In this document: positions 12,314 through 25,429 of the stretch, one piece after another | How positions within the stretch are numbered: the first letter of the stretch is position 1 | Layout of the letters: every line of letters starts with the position of its first letter | NCBI GenBank assembly: GCA_951406725.2 | Contig: OX597818.1 | Location: 120,714,001 to 120,778,000 of the forward strand | Reading direction: 5' to 3' | Origin: Octopus vulgaris | Taxonomy: Eukaryota | DNA length: 64,000 bases | The notes under the pieces: model-generated | What the model was told of the DNA's origin: nothing | Seen by the model: the letters and a program-made list of their open reading frames with translations, nothing else | Databases searched by the model: none | Translations under genes and position numbers: made by a program

Positions 12314-12471
12314 TTATCGATGGCTAAGTTTGATACGAATACCATTGGAAGGATTGAGTACCAAGTCAAAAGATGGCTCAAGCTCTTCTATTGTCTGTGT
12401 CGTTTCAAGATTAAATTTGTGGATGATTCGTGATATTACGACTTTCTCCTCTAACATAGCGAATTTCTGAC
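12314..12471 (-). CDS. CYP4: CYP4 gene B exon 12 (terminal)
   Basis: ttcag|GT CAG AAA; GQKFAMLEEKVVISRIIHKF...DLVLNPSNGIRIKLSHR*; 158 nt. Confidence 0.95.
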
Positions 12472-12712
12472 CTGAAATCACAGAGAATAGATATTTTGAA
12501 AGTACTTTTGAATTCATTGAGTCACAGGAAAAAAATTAAAATAATTAGAGTAGCTTGTTAGATCAATCACATTTTTTAAATGCAAAATATCGCAAATACA
12601 TGAATGAATGATATTTACATTGCTGAAGCAAAATAAAAGAGAAACATATTTTCATATATTCTTATAATATTTATACAATAAGCTGAATAAAATTTACTAT
12701 GACGATAAAGGA

Positions 12713-13318
12713 GTACTCCGACGGTTACGACGACGAGGGTCCCAGCTGATATGATCAACAGAACAGCTTGCTCTTGAAATCAACGTGCAAGTGGCTGAGC
12801 AATCCACCGACACGTGTATCCTTAACGTAGTTCACAAAGAAATTCAGCGAGATACAGAGTGTGATAAGGCTGGCCCTTTGAAATACAGGTATAACTTATT
12901 TTCGCCAGCTGAGTGAACTGGAGCAACGTGAATTAAAGTGTCTTGCTCAAAAATAGTACGTCGCTTTACAATCGAATGCCCTAACCACTAAAAAAAGACT
13001 CCGCTGGTTACGACGACGAGGGTCCCAGCTGATACGATCAACGGAACAGCTTGCTCGTGAAATTAACGTGCAAATGGCTGAGCATTCCACAGACACGTGT
13101 ACCCTTAACGTAGTTCTCGGGGATAATCAGCGTGACACAGAGAGTGACAAGGCTGACCCTTTGAAATACAAGTACAACTCATTTTTGCCAGCTGAGAGGA
13201 CTGGAGCAACGTGAAATAAAGTGCCTTGCTCAAGGACACAACGTGTCGCCGGGAATCGAACTCACAACCTTACGATCATGAGCCGAATGCCCTAACCACT
13301 AAGCCACGCGACTTCACA
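12713..13318 (-). mobile_element. Tandem pair of tRNA-derived SINE family 3 (also ~4690-4940 +, 16410-16697 -, 62187-62555 +)
   Basis: Reverse complement: gtggcttagtggttagggcattcggctc...gagttcgattcccgg...gtgtccttgagcaag...ccctcgtcgtcgtaacc; two copies head to tail. Confidence 0.85.
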
Positions 13319-14117
13319 TTATGACCATAACTTCTCCCTTTACGTGTATACGAAGGAAGTAAAGAAGATAGTGTTGTTGTTGTTGTAATTGTTAAGTTCC
13401 AGCTAATGGTTAACCAGAACGATCAGTACCTAACGTCTGTGACAACATTTAGTAATTAGTTGCTCCTTGAATTCTTCGGATGTGTAATTCCATTTTCTCT
13501 TCGCTGGACAACAAAAATTGTCTGGAGTGTATATTGATATTAATAATAATAAATAGACTTGTCACATTCGTAAAATTTAGCTTTTGTAAAATTATCTTCA
13601 CCGTTCATACAAGGCGAGATAAAGAAATAAGTTGAAACGGAAATATTTAACAGAAAGTAAAGAATGCAATGATTTATAACAGGCAGAGGCTCTACACACC
13701 ATTAGTAAGGCACGGTTAATCCTAGTACCTGTGGCTTCCGGTGGAATAGGAACTTAGACTGAAAAGTGAAGCAAAGGTATGCAGACAAAATCTTCTTCCG
13801 ACTTTCTGATAGTAAATTATTCAATGTAAAATAGAACACATAAAAATATAAATACTATGTACATTAGACACCCTGATCTTTGAGCTACGCATCTTGTTGA
13901 GTATCCTACAAAGGAACCTCATTTTTGTTGCTTATATTTACGATCGTATTCTTTCAGTCACTACCAAACATTCGTGACCAAAGGTGAGAATAGGCAAGGA
14001 AACCGCTTTGAAGATAGCAAGTTGCAGTCCGCAAATATTTCTGAAAATTGACTCACTAAAAAGAGAAACATTTTTTTTTAAATGGAGTTTTTAAAGCACT
14101 TCCACCAAATCCCTATC

Positions 14118-14156
<39 letters not shown>

Positions 14157-14215
14157 CGACGACGACGACGACGACGACGACGACTACTACGACGACGACG
14201 ACTACGACGACGACG

Positions 14216-14246
<31 letters not shown>

Positions 14247-14268
14247 AAACGGCAACAACAGAACTTAC

Positions 14269-14445
14269 CTATGCAGTTACGAGGCCCTGCTGAGAATGGT
14301 ATAAAGGCATGCGGTGACCTGTCGGTATCTTCTAGAAGAAATCTATCAGGATCGAATGTGTCTGGGTCTGGAAAGTTTTGGGGATCTCTATGTAGAGAAG
14401 CAATCACTATTGAGATAGGAGTATCCTTCTTTACTTCATGATGAC
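14269..14445 (-). CDS. CYP4: CYP4 gene B exon 11 (PERF and heme-binding motifs)
   Basis: GHHEVKK...[17 protein letters not shown]...[13 protein letters not shown]; 177 nt; ag/gtaagt. Confidence 0.97.
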
Positions 14446-15270
14446 CTGTAAACATAATTTCAGCATTTTGAATCTTAATCACTACAATGTAAGATTGGTT
14501 TCAGATTTTGGCACAATGCCAGCAATTTCGGTGGAGGGTTTAAGTGGATTAAATCTACCCCAGTGCTCAACTGGTACTTATTTTATGGACCCCGAGAGGA
14601 TGAAAGGCAAAGTCGATCTCAGTGGAATCTAAGATTTTTTTTATGTCTGGATGAAAGACAAAATGATCATGGCTGGAGCGCTGTTCAATCAATGCTGACT
14701 TGAAGTTTAAGCCACATCATAATGATTTGAAATTTTCGCACAAAGCCAGCGATTTCGGGCAAGATGGTAAGTCGATTACTTCAACCCCAGTGTTTAACTG
14801 ATATTTATTTTATCGACCCCGAAAGGCAAAGTCAACCTCGGCGGAATTTGAACTCAGGGCGTAAAGACGGACGAAATGCCGCTAAGCATTTTGCCCGGCG
14901 TGTTAACGATTCTTCCAGCTCGCCTTAAGCCAGCCACTTCAATGATGATTTTAGCACAAGACTAAGAATTTCGAAGAGGGGATTCATCGATGACTTTGAC
15001 CCCAGTTTTTAACTGGCACTTACTTTATCGACCCCGGTTTCAACTTGAAAGAACAGGCCTATCATCAAATGCTTTTCAAACCTGACCGTTTCATCTTCCC
15101 TATATCTCTGACTATATTGATCATTATGTCATTACTTTAGTTAAGAATGTGGGATGTGATTTGAGTTATATTTGGCTGTTGTTACTGACTTATCAAACTA
15201 CTATCCAGAAGCCACCTCACTGGGTTGCCTGCCATTCGTGGTTATTCATCATAATAAGAAATAAACTTAC

Positions 15271-15337
15271 CAATTTTGAAATCCTCAGCAGACACACGTC
15301 CAATTATTGGTACAGATGGATAAAGACGTTGAACCTC
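15271..15337 (-). CDS. CYP4: CYP4 gene B exon 10 (K-helix ExxR)
   Basis: EVQRLYPSVPIIGRVSAEDFKI(G); 67 nt; taag|...|gtaagt. Confidence 0.93.
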
Positions 15338-16792
15338 CTTAAACAAAAAACACAGTAAATATTACTTTCAATTTATTATTAAATAATAAAGTATTCCAGC
15401 TCTTAACTTCATTTTTGTAGATTTATGTAAAAAGTCCTTAACAGCATTTATTGAATAAGGTGAAATAAACTCATTCAAGCGTTACTACTCTTCAATGTAA
15501 ACTTAGCCTCTTATCCCTCGGAATTGAAAAAAGAAAGTACCAGTTAAATATTGTGGGCGATCTAATCGACTAACACCGACTCGTAACTTTCCGGCTTTGT
15601 AATTCTGTGAGAAATTATTGTTGTGTGCAGGGTGGATCCGACTAACGTTTGAGTCCATCGCGAAAATTGTCACGTTGCTTTGATTTGGAGAGAAAGTATA
15701 AGCTGTCTTCCTTTGTTTGATGGCTTTCGTAAAAGAGATCTGAAAGGGCCGGAGTGTGGTTCAGACAACATGGTTAGAAACGGACCGGAAAAAGTTGTTC
15801 TTGAAAGGTCAGGAGGAACAGTATAATGCATACATTGATGATCTCGTTATGCTGTCTCTAATGATGCCCAGGAGCGCAATGAGAGTGATGTAGCTACAGA
15901 AATATTTAATGACGACGAAGAAAATGAGAATTAACAGTTGTGGTATCTGTCTTGCAACATGTCTCTCCACAGCTCGTGTCTTTGACAGAATTGCAATCAT
16001 GGGTCAAACGTAGAGCAAGGTTGAGCGTTTGTGATCTAAAATGTTGTGAGGATAGCACTGCATTTTTGCCATCGAGTTAGTAGAGGGTCTAAACAACAAA
16101 AGGAGGACATATGAAATTCCCCAGAACTTCTCCACTTCTGAATATCGTACAAAAAATTACACTATTTTACCCAAAATTGTTTTCTTTTTTCATTCATGAC
16201 AATAAATCGCATGCGACAAGAGCTCAAAATGGTTTGAATTTCGAACTTCAAAATCTGATTTTGCTACTAGTTTCTTTGGGTTCTAGTTCGTATTTTTATC
16301 TCTGACAATTTTCAGTCATATGTTAATAACCAGGCTTCATATTTAAGATACAGAAAATAGGACTGATTATACTATTTCAGTAATGTCTATTAGTTTAACG
16401 GTTGAACTGGTACTCCGTCGGTTACGAAAACAAGTGTGATATTTGATCCAATCAACGCATGTGTAAGCGGCTGAGCACTCTACACTCACGTGTGCCCTTA
16501 AAGTAGTTCCCACGTAGATTCAGTGTGACACCTGAGTGGCTCCTTCGAATTACAGGTACAATTAATTTTTGCCAGCTGAGGGGACTGGAACAATGTGAAA
16601 TAAAGTGTCATGCTCACGGACGTAACGCTTAGAATCGAACTTACGACCTTACGATCGCGATCAGAATACCCTAACCAATAAGCTACACACCTTCACAGTT
16701 TAACAGTTGTATTGTCCATATAAATTTGTCATCTCTAAAACAGGAATAAAAGAAAGCCTGAATTGCAACATCCTTATATAAATGGCTCAGAA

Positions 16793-16900
16793 TGAAATTA
16801 AAATATATATTAAATATCTCCTCCGTATTGAAATTAAAATATATATTAAATATCTCCTCCGTATTGAAATTAAAATATATATTAAATATCTCCTCCGTAT
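16793..16900. repeat. 36-bp tandem repeat x3
   Basis: tgaaattaaaatatatattaaatatctcctccgtat three times, no spacers. Confidence 0.95.
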
Positions 16901-17234
16901 TTTGTTTTACTGTTTATCATAAAATCTGAGTACTTTATTGACTCCATAATTTAGTAATTGTAATTAACGCATGCCTAGAATAAAGATACCTAACTTAAGG
17001 CGGCAAACTGGCAGAAACGTTAACGCCCCGGGCGATTTGTTTAGTGCTATTTCGTTTGTATTTACAATCTGTGTTCAAATTCATCCGAGGTCGACTTTTC
17101 CTTTCATCTTTTCGAGGTCGATAAATTAAGTACCAGTTATGTACTGGAGTCGATCTAATCGACTGGCCCTCTCACCAGAAAAGAATATGTTAAACATTTA
17201 TTTTGTTATAATTACTAATGGAATTTCTGTTTAC

Positions 17235-17296
17235 CTTGATAATACATTCCAAATAGACCAGTTTCTTAATATTTGACAGTGTGAGTTCTTCTTCAC
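17235..17296 (-). CDS. CYP4: CYP4 gene B exon 9
   Basis: (G)EEELTLSNIKKLVYLECIIK; 62 nt; caag|...|gtaaac. Confidence 0.92.
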
Positions 17297-17371
17297 CTTG
17301 AATAAAAAGAAAGCAGAAAAGTATGTGTTTACGAATATAGAACAACTTTACTACAACAATAATAATAATAA

Positions 17372-18787
17372 TAGCTCATCTAATACTTAGAGATACTTTC
17401 TAAAAGCCTTTCACGTATGTTTTACTTGTTCCGGTATTTGAACTTCTGTTAGAGTTCGCCCTTCAAGAATTTCAGTCAGTATATCGACCATGGAAATTAG
17501 TGTTATATTTACTGTGTTACTCAGACACGTGAGTTTTGTATACATTGAATCAGGCATGTATAGGAGATACAGCAAATGTGAGAATATCATATGAATCACA
17601 ACCACTTGGAATTAGGTTTAAAGTATTAATTCACTCCTCTAAATATATCCACCTGGCATTACTATCTATCTTCACATGTTACCTTATTTGTAATTCTAAC
17701 AACTGGAGAGTAGTAGTTAGAAACGTTATCATTATATATAAATATAAGAGTAATTTTTGAATATTTCATTTCTGGAGGCCAAACACTTAACTTCAGAAAC
17801 TTTTAAAACAAAACTGCAGTCCTAGGTCCAGTGAAGACCATGTTTGGGAGTATGGAAGCTGAAAGTCGATCAGCTACTCACAGTTCTTTGCCAAGAAAGG
17901 AAGCCAGGAATTGGCACTTCAACCCTTGCAGTGTATGAATGTTGGGAAAAAGTGAGAAAGTGGATATTCACGAGGATATTCTTGGAGTCAATGTGGGCAC
18001 CAGCAATTCCGGAGGATTATCAGACAAGAGACTACGGGCAACCTCTGCAAATTCCAATCCTAGAAGTGCTAACGGAGTGGAAGGGGAGTCCAAATTCGCA
18101 ATCAATACGGCAGGTACACCAGCACCGTCAACCGAGGACTCTCCGACACTTGTATAGATCGGTAAAACCATCTTGAACGTTTCGTTCATTTTCGAACCTT
18201 CCTGACATGTAGAGTTATGTGAAACAGCTGTGTAATTACGTTCAGGACGTGTTTTGCTATCCCTCGTGTCTATTGTAAGATCTTCCTGCTGTCCTCTTTT
18301 TACCGGGAATGGAAAATCTTGCTCCTTTTCCTTATAGCCACAATGAAAAGGGATTATATGGCGGACAAATTGAAATGATTGAATGCAGACACTTCAGCCC
18401 TCATGAAGAACATCATCTTTTCTAAGTTCCTTTTGAAATGGCCTGTATGAATTGACATAATTTCAACATGCACCCGTGGGTCGGAAAGCACATCTGGTAA
18501 AGATAATCTTGGCTTTGCTAGTTCCCTGTATTAGCTCATCTAATACTTAGAGATACTTTCTAAAAGCCTTTCACGTATGTTTTACTTGTTCCGGTATTTG
18601 AACTTCTGTTAGAGTTCGCCCTTCAAGAATTTCAGTCAGTTATATCGACCATAGAAATTAGTGTTATATTTACTGTGTTACTCAGACACGTGAGTTTTGT
18701 ATACATTGAATCAGGCATGTATAGGAGATACAGCCAATGTGAGAATATCATATGAATCACAACCACTTGGAATTAGGTTTAAAGTAT
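17372..18787. repeat. 255-bp direct repeats (17372-17626, 18532-18787) bracketing a decayed TE-like segment
   Basis: tagctcatctaatacttagag...ggtttaaagtat present twice, nearly identical. Confidence 0.9.
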
Positions 18788-19053
18788 CTGGTATCTGTCC
18801 CTTTTATGTTTTCCATACATATTTTTTATTCTCATAATAATCCAGTGAAAATCCCCAACTTTTTTTTATAATTTGACCCTGTATCGACCTGATTATCCGT
18901 CATCACTGTGGCAAATACAGGAATTCATTATGTTTAAATGCTGATAATCATTTTGTTCGGTGCAGCAACGATTTGTCCTGCACGCCGTTGCAACATTTGC
19001 AAAATATTAATCACAACAATAAAACGAGAGTTTGTATGAAGTTCACAACTCAC

Positions 19054-19156
19054 CATAAAAATCATCGACTTCTTTCTGTAACTTCTTTTGTACATGTGGA
19101 TAAGCGGCTATGAAGTATAATGTCCAGTTAATTCCTGCAGCCGTTGTATCATGACC
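19054..19156 (-). CDS. CYP4: CYP4 gene B exon 8 (I-helix)
   Basis: [34 protein letters not shown]; 103 nt; ccag|...|gtgagt. Confidence 0.96.
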
Positions 19157-21079
19157 CTGGAGGAACAGCGTAAACATTTCATTTTAATGGATACTGAACA
19201 GTTACCTGATAACTCGGAAAGTCAGATGCTATATTTCAGAATTATGCAACATTTAGCATAACTACGCACATCCTAATTAGGCTTACAAAATGAAAAATAA
19301 TATAATATGCATTTAGACTAATTCAATAGAGACAGTTCAGCAAACATTTGGTAATTAAATGCGGTGGAAAGGTTTACAGTGCAGTGTTTTTCACGTTGTA
19401 CTTATTAAATGTGGACACATACACCGGAAAATTCAATAACTATTGGCTTCAGATTTTAGTAGCCTGGGGGAAAGTCGATTGCATCAATCTCAGTGCTCAA
19501 ATGGTACCTATTTAATCGATCCCGACTCGATGAAAAAGTTGACCACGATGGATTTTGAACTCAGAACGCCTCGACGTAAAAAATGGCGTGCTAACGATTC
19601 TGCCAGTTCACCTTTCTTAAATGCAGTGTTTTCTTATCTTATTTCTTTATTGCCCGCAAGGGGCTAAACATAGAGGGGACAAACAAGGACAGACAAAAGG
19701 ATTAAGTCGATTACATCGACCCCAGTGCGTAACTGGTACTTAATCTATCGACGCCGAAAGGATGAAAGGCAAAGTCGACCTCGGCGGAATTTGAACTCAC
19801 AACGTAACGGCAGATAAAATACCGCAAGGTATTTCGCCCGGCGTGCTAACGATTCTGCCAGCTCGCAATGTTTTCTTATCTGCAGAAAGTAAGGTACAAC
19901 AGTTATTAGATTTGTTTTTCAAGTCTGACGGTAAAAATAAAAATTGTGTTTTTGAATGTAGACAGTAGAGAACTGTTCACATTATACGTATTAACTGTTG
20001 ATAAAGCAATCCTGTAAACATAATATTTATTAAATATCTATTAAATATAGGCGCAATCACAACTTTGTGGTCAACAAGCTCGTTTTGTAACTTCCTGGTT
20101 TCAAGTTCAGTATTACAGCACGGAACTTTGGGTAAGTATTTTCTGCCATAACTCCAGACCAATCAATGCCTTGTAGACAGCAATTGTGTGGATGTCCGTC
20201 GCAGACATGCACATGTGTGCCCGTGCGTTTGAGTTTGGTCCCATAGCTTGACAAGTGGTGTTGGTTTGTTTAAATAACCATAATAACTTAGCGATTCGGC
20301 GAAAGAGACCTTTATCATTATTATTATTGTTATTAGGCGGCATGCTGACAGAATCATAAATGCGTCAGGCAAAATGGTAATTTCTTCTTGCTATTCACAT
20401 TCCAAACTCAAATTACGCCAAGATCCACTTTGCCTCTCAGAGTCGATAAAACAAGTACTAATTGAGCACTAGGGTCGATTTAAAACTGTTGGCCTTCAAA
20501 ACTGTTGACCTTGTGTCTAAATATGAGACACTTATTATTTGCATACATTAAAAGTATCTAATGTGTTTTCTTAATCCAGTAGGAATCACTCGTAATTGAT
20601 GCCTCAGTATAAAGAATGTTCTAATCCAATTGAAACACGCAGGTGAGACACAAATCGCTCTTATGCAAAGATCCATAACGATATCAAAACTGCAAATAAA
20701 ACCAGAGATCGATGAATTTAATGGCTGTCTTCACCGGCAAAATTCAGTGCGTATACCTCACTGAGATGTGAGAACTGACGTTTCGAAGAAAACCGTCGTT
20801 TGGAAAACATTTTTGTTAATGTAGGATTAAAGTAACCGTTAGAATACATGTTTGAAAAAAGTGTGAGAGGGGGAAAACGTTAGCATGAAGAGTCAGGGAA
20901 GGCGACAGTAATTCGGACGTTTGCTTGTATTAGGTTGGAAAGAATTCCCTGTTACATTTTTGACCTGATCACTCAGGGTATTTTTTCAATATTTATGATA
21001 AAATGAGCATTAAGTTTTACATTAATGATTCTCTCTTTGTAGATTGAGGCTAAATGCATATTGATTTTAACCTTTAAAA

Positions 21080-21290
21080 GTGAGTTTAGATCAGAGCCAT
21101 ATCAGACACTGCACGTTGTGTGACTGCAAAAGGGGCCCTTAAGTAATAGAAGCTGCAAGAAATATTCGTCCTATCTGTGGCAATGAAGTGCCTGGATATG
21201 CCAGACATGGCTTGGCCAGATTCACTCGGGAGATATTTCTCTAGCGCTGGACGATCAAGTTCTGTCTAACGACCAACAATTTACCGAATA
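21080..21290 (+). mobile_element. Decayed mariner transposase N-terminal fragment
   Basis: HIRHCTLCDCKRG...EAARNIRPICG...CQTW...SGDISL across frameshifts. Confidence 0.5.
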
Positions 21291-22659
21291 GATAGGAGTG
21301 TGTTGTCAATAATCCTTTCTACTATAGGCACAAGGCCTGAAATTTAGTGTTTGGGTTTGGGGTGGGGGCTTGTCGATTATATCGACCCTAGTACTTCACT
21401 GGTACTTATTTCCTCGACCCCGAAAAGATGAAAGGCAAGTTGACTTCAGCAGAATTTATACTCAGAACATAAAGACGGACGAAATACTGCCAAGCATCTT
21501 GGCATAAGGTCGCTGCCTTATGAAGGGAAATGTCTTAATTAAATATGTCAATTAAGATCAAAGAGCCATTTGCTTCTCTTCCATCGTGAAAGGCAACGGG
21601 TCTTGGTATATATGGCTGATGGTCAGAAACCCCTTACTATAGCAATCGGACAATAACGAGAAGAGATAAGAGGTTTTTATGCTTTGCGTATTCTCACAAA
21701 ATTATTCTCTGATATGTGAGTTCCTGTCATGTTAATATGTTTGTCTTTGTATATGATGTGACGATTTCTTTGTTCTTTAAACTATCACTAGAACGGAATG
21801 ATTTTGTAGTAAGTTTATCAGAATTACTGATAAATATACTCCAGTTAAATTGACAAAATATTTTAATACAATAATAAATTCAATGTATGAATTATTACGG
21901 ACATATTTCAAACCGTAGTCTGATAAACAAATGATTGTGCCTCCATACATTTGGTCGACCTGATACTTATACTTAGATTAAGGATAATAACGATCTTATC
22001 TACCTGGACATTGATATATGTAAATACAGACATAATGTATACTGAATTGTCGGTGACAGATTCCACCTATAAACTGAAGTTAGTGGCTGTGTGGTAAGTA
22101 GCTTGTTTACCAACCACATGTTTCCGGGTTCAGTTCCACTGCGTGGCACCTTGGGCAAGTCTCTTCCACTATAGCCTCGGACCGACCAAAGCCTTGTGAG
22201 TGGATTTGGTAGACGGAAACTGAAAGAAGCCCGTCGTATATATGTATATATATATGTGTGTGTGTTTGTGTGTATGTTTGTCCCCTTAGCATTGCTTGAC
22301 AACCGATGCTGGTGTGTTTACGTCCCCGTCACTTAGCGGTTCGGCAAAAGAGACCGATAGAATAAGTACTGGGCTTACAAAAGAATAAGTCCAGGGGTCG
22401 AGTTGCTCGATTAAAGGCGGTGCTCCAGCATGGCCGCAGTGAAATGACTGAAACAAGTAAAAGAGTGAAGAGTATACATACACACATACATACGGTTTGG
22501 AGATGTGAGAAGAGAAAATACATTTATCTAACTATGACTTCCACATGATCACAACCGTTTCGTAACGACTGAACCAATTAAAAGAGTAAAAGAGATTTAT
22601 AGCCTTGAAAACTTTCAGATAGCATTTTAATGAATATCAATGTATATCAATAAACTCAC

Positions 22660-22836
22660 CTCGAACATAAATGTGTCTACTTCTTCTCTCAATGACTTTT
22701 TGTCTATTTCCCCTCTGTGTAAATGATCAAGGAGCGTATCTAAAAAAGCCATTTTCTTTCTCCGTGTGTCTCCCTCTTCATTATCAGTTTTTTGCTTCGC
22801 GTCTTTTAGATAGAGTGCACTGCGTTCTTCAATCAC
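22660..22836 (-). CDS. CYP4: CYP4 gene B exon 7
   Basis: VIEERSALY...RKKMAFLDTLL...LREEVDTFMFE; 177 nt; atag|...|gtgagt. Confidence 0.96.
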
Positions 22837-22910
22837 CTATAACAATTGAAACAAATTGGGACAATGATGAATAAAGAGAAAATTAAAGATGCACAGGCGT
22901 ATGCTAGTTT

Positions 22911-23470
22911 CGTCGTCGTCGTCGTCGGCGCCGGTGGCATCCGTCCGTCTCGAGAGACGATGGTGTAGCTCGGAAAAGGAGGTGGGTTTATCTGCACTCC
23001 CTGGTGTGGCTGTGCAGACCAATCATCGAGTGGCAGTCTCTACCACATCTAGTGCAAGTGAAAGGGAATGAGAGCTGAGCTTATCACCGGTAACTGTCCC
23101 TTCCCGTGTTGTGTCAGGATCTTACGATACTGTCCTCTTCGTTGAGCCACAAGGCCTGGGCAGGTTTATATGAGGGATCAGCTGTTGCCCATGCAGTTTG
23201 ATCCCCTCCTCTCCACGCAGCTGGTAGCTCCAAGGGAACGACGGGTCGATACAGCTTGGTACCAGATGCGTCGCAGGAGTTGCCGGTGATGGCGTGTTGT
23301 GTCAGGCCGCCTTAGGGACTCCGGCTCCGGATTTTCTGTCGGGGTTTACTCCCTTAGCCTTACGCAGTAGGGGGTCCTGCCGCAAGGCAGCGAAGGTTTG
23401 AAATCGGAATTTCCCTCTCCTAGTTGGGCTGCCAGCCAAGCTATCGAGTCCCAACTACCCGAAGCATGTT
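22911..23470 (-). mobile_element. Non-autonomous RTE-like element (5' UTR-like part joined to 3' end)
   Basis: GC-rich island; reverse complement begins cttggctggcagcccaactaggagagggaaattccgatttcaaacc and ends ccatcgtctctcgagacggacggatgcc followed by (GAC)n, resembling RTE termini as I recall them. Confidence 0.55.
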
Positions 23471-23854
23471 TAGGGTTATGTTTACTTGACGACCGTGTAT
23501 TTCAGGGATCGATCCCACTGCACGACAGTTTGGGTAAGTGTCTTCTTTTCTAAGTTTAACAAATTGTGTGGAATACTGTCGTTTATATCTGTGAATGACA
23601 GATTTGCATTTCGTAGCTGACGATGCTAAAGGGCACAGAAACCCTTGCCCCCTACGATCAAGTGGCGTCATTTACAACTCAGTGTCTTAACATAGATCTT
23701 GGAGAAGAAATTTCTTCCGGGATTATTTCCGCAGCGGAAGGTTTGCTCACGTCCGTTGAATGCACTTGAATGTGTTGAATATGATTTTACAAGAATAAAT
23801 TTTATTGAACGCTGACATCATACACACACACACACACACACGCACACACACACG

Positions 23855-23886
<32 letters not shown>

Positions 23887-23920
23887 CACACACACACTCT
23901 CTCTCTCTCTCATACGCACG

Positions 23921-23955
<35 letters not shown>

Positions 23956-24322
23956 CTTTCAGAACTTATAGTTCTGCCGATTGAAAGTTGTCTGTATGTG
24001 TGTTCACTTAATGTAGTTCTCAGGGAGATTTAATATGATACAGAAGGACAAAGCCGGACCTTTAAAATGCAGGTGTAATTCATTTTTGCCATCTGACTAG
24101 ATTGGAGCAACATATCAATTTTGAAAACAAATTAAAGTTTCTTATATTTTCTTAAACATTCTCTAGATTAGTGCTATGTGCAAAACCAACTATATGACGC
24201 CCTAGACATAACACCATCATGAACTTCTAACTTATTGTCTCTTGAGGCCCCTGGGTGAGACTTGGAGCCAACTTCTACAAATACAAAAGCAAAATTCAAG
24301 CGTATGATGATGATGATGATGA

Positions 24323-24372
<50 letters not shown>

Positions 24373-24374
24373 TA

Positions 24375-24772
24375 ATGGAAACTAGACATAGTGTTAATTG
24401 AGAAAAAAGCAAACGATGCTGGATCAAAGATGTAGCATACCCAGCTCTCAATAAAGTATGCGATAAGGAAGAAAGAGAAGTCGATAGATATAACAGGTTA
24501 GCTTGGGAGGTTAAGCAGTTGTGGTCAATGAAAAAAGTGGTAGTAGTACCAATAATTGTCAGAGCCCTGGGAACAGTGAGTAAAAATCCTGAGAAGCACA
24601 CAGAACAAATAGCGGCTGCAATAAGGGTGGAGCACTTGCAGAAAACAGCGCTGCCTGGAACCACTCGAATACTCCTGATGGAGCTCGAAAAATAAGGGGT
24701 GTTATCTTAGTTCACTGGAAGTGAACAGCTAACACCGTAGTACATCTCCAGCGTTAGAAGCTGTGCAAGGAC
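24375..24772 (+). mobile_element. R4/Dong-like (RLE) non-LTR 3' fragment inside (AAT)n
   Basis: CWIKDVAYP...DRYNRLAWEVKQLWSMKKVVVVPIIVRALG...LQKTALPGTTRIL. Confidence 0.75.
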
Positions 24773-24931
<159 letters not shown>

Positions 24932-25302
24932 AATAATTATTATTATTATTGCAGTACCAGGCAGTGGGTCTTATGGCTTCTGATCTTAACTGATTGGAAA
25001 TCTTATCATGTGGAGTTCAAACTTGTTACTAACAAAGCAACAAGACATTTTGTGATAAAATAATTCCCAGGGTTTATGAATATGTGGTTGAGTTATATTG
25101 TACATGTGAACTTTTAGTTAAAGAATTCAAACATAACTAAGAAAGAGAAATCGATGAAATAAAGGTTGGACTTAAATAAATATTGGAATTGTTACGATGG
25201 ATGTGGTCTAGCAAGCGATGTACCAGCAAGACCACAGTTTACTAAGATAGACTTGTAGAAAAGATCACAACATACAAGTAATATAAGACATAATTCGTAT
25301 AC

Positions 25303-25429
25303 CTTATCCGTGAAATCATGAAGGTATTTCAAGCATTTAGCTGCTTCTTTCCCGTAAGGATGCAAATTGAAGAGAAACTGTGGCCACAACCACGGTGATT
25401 TTGACTGGTAAGTAATTAGATCAGCTATC
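25303..25429 (-). CDS. CYP4: CYP4 gene B exon 6
   Basis: (R)IADLITYQSKSPWLWPQFLF...LHDFTDK; 127 nt; tttag|...|gtatac. Confidence 0.95.

Noticed and set aside
13240-13318. tRNA gene
   Set aside because: tRNA-like head runs straight into a multicopy SINE body
16793-16900. 36-bp repeat of CRISPR-like length
   Set aside because: No spacers, eukaryotic intron, no cas genes
17372-18787. LTR retrotransposon
   Set aside because: No TG..CA termini, PBS/PPT or TSD visible
23400-23470. HDV-like or twister ribozyme at the RTE-like 5' end
   Set aside because: A stem (tagttggg/cccaacta) is present, but I could not fit either ribozyme consensus by eye
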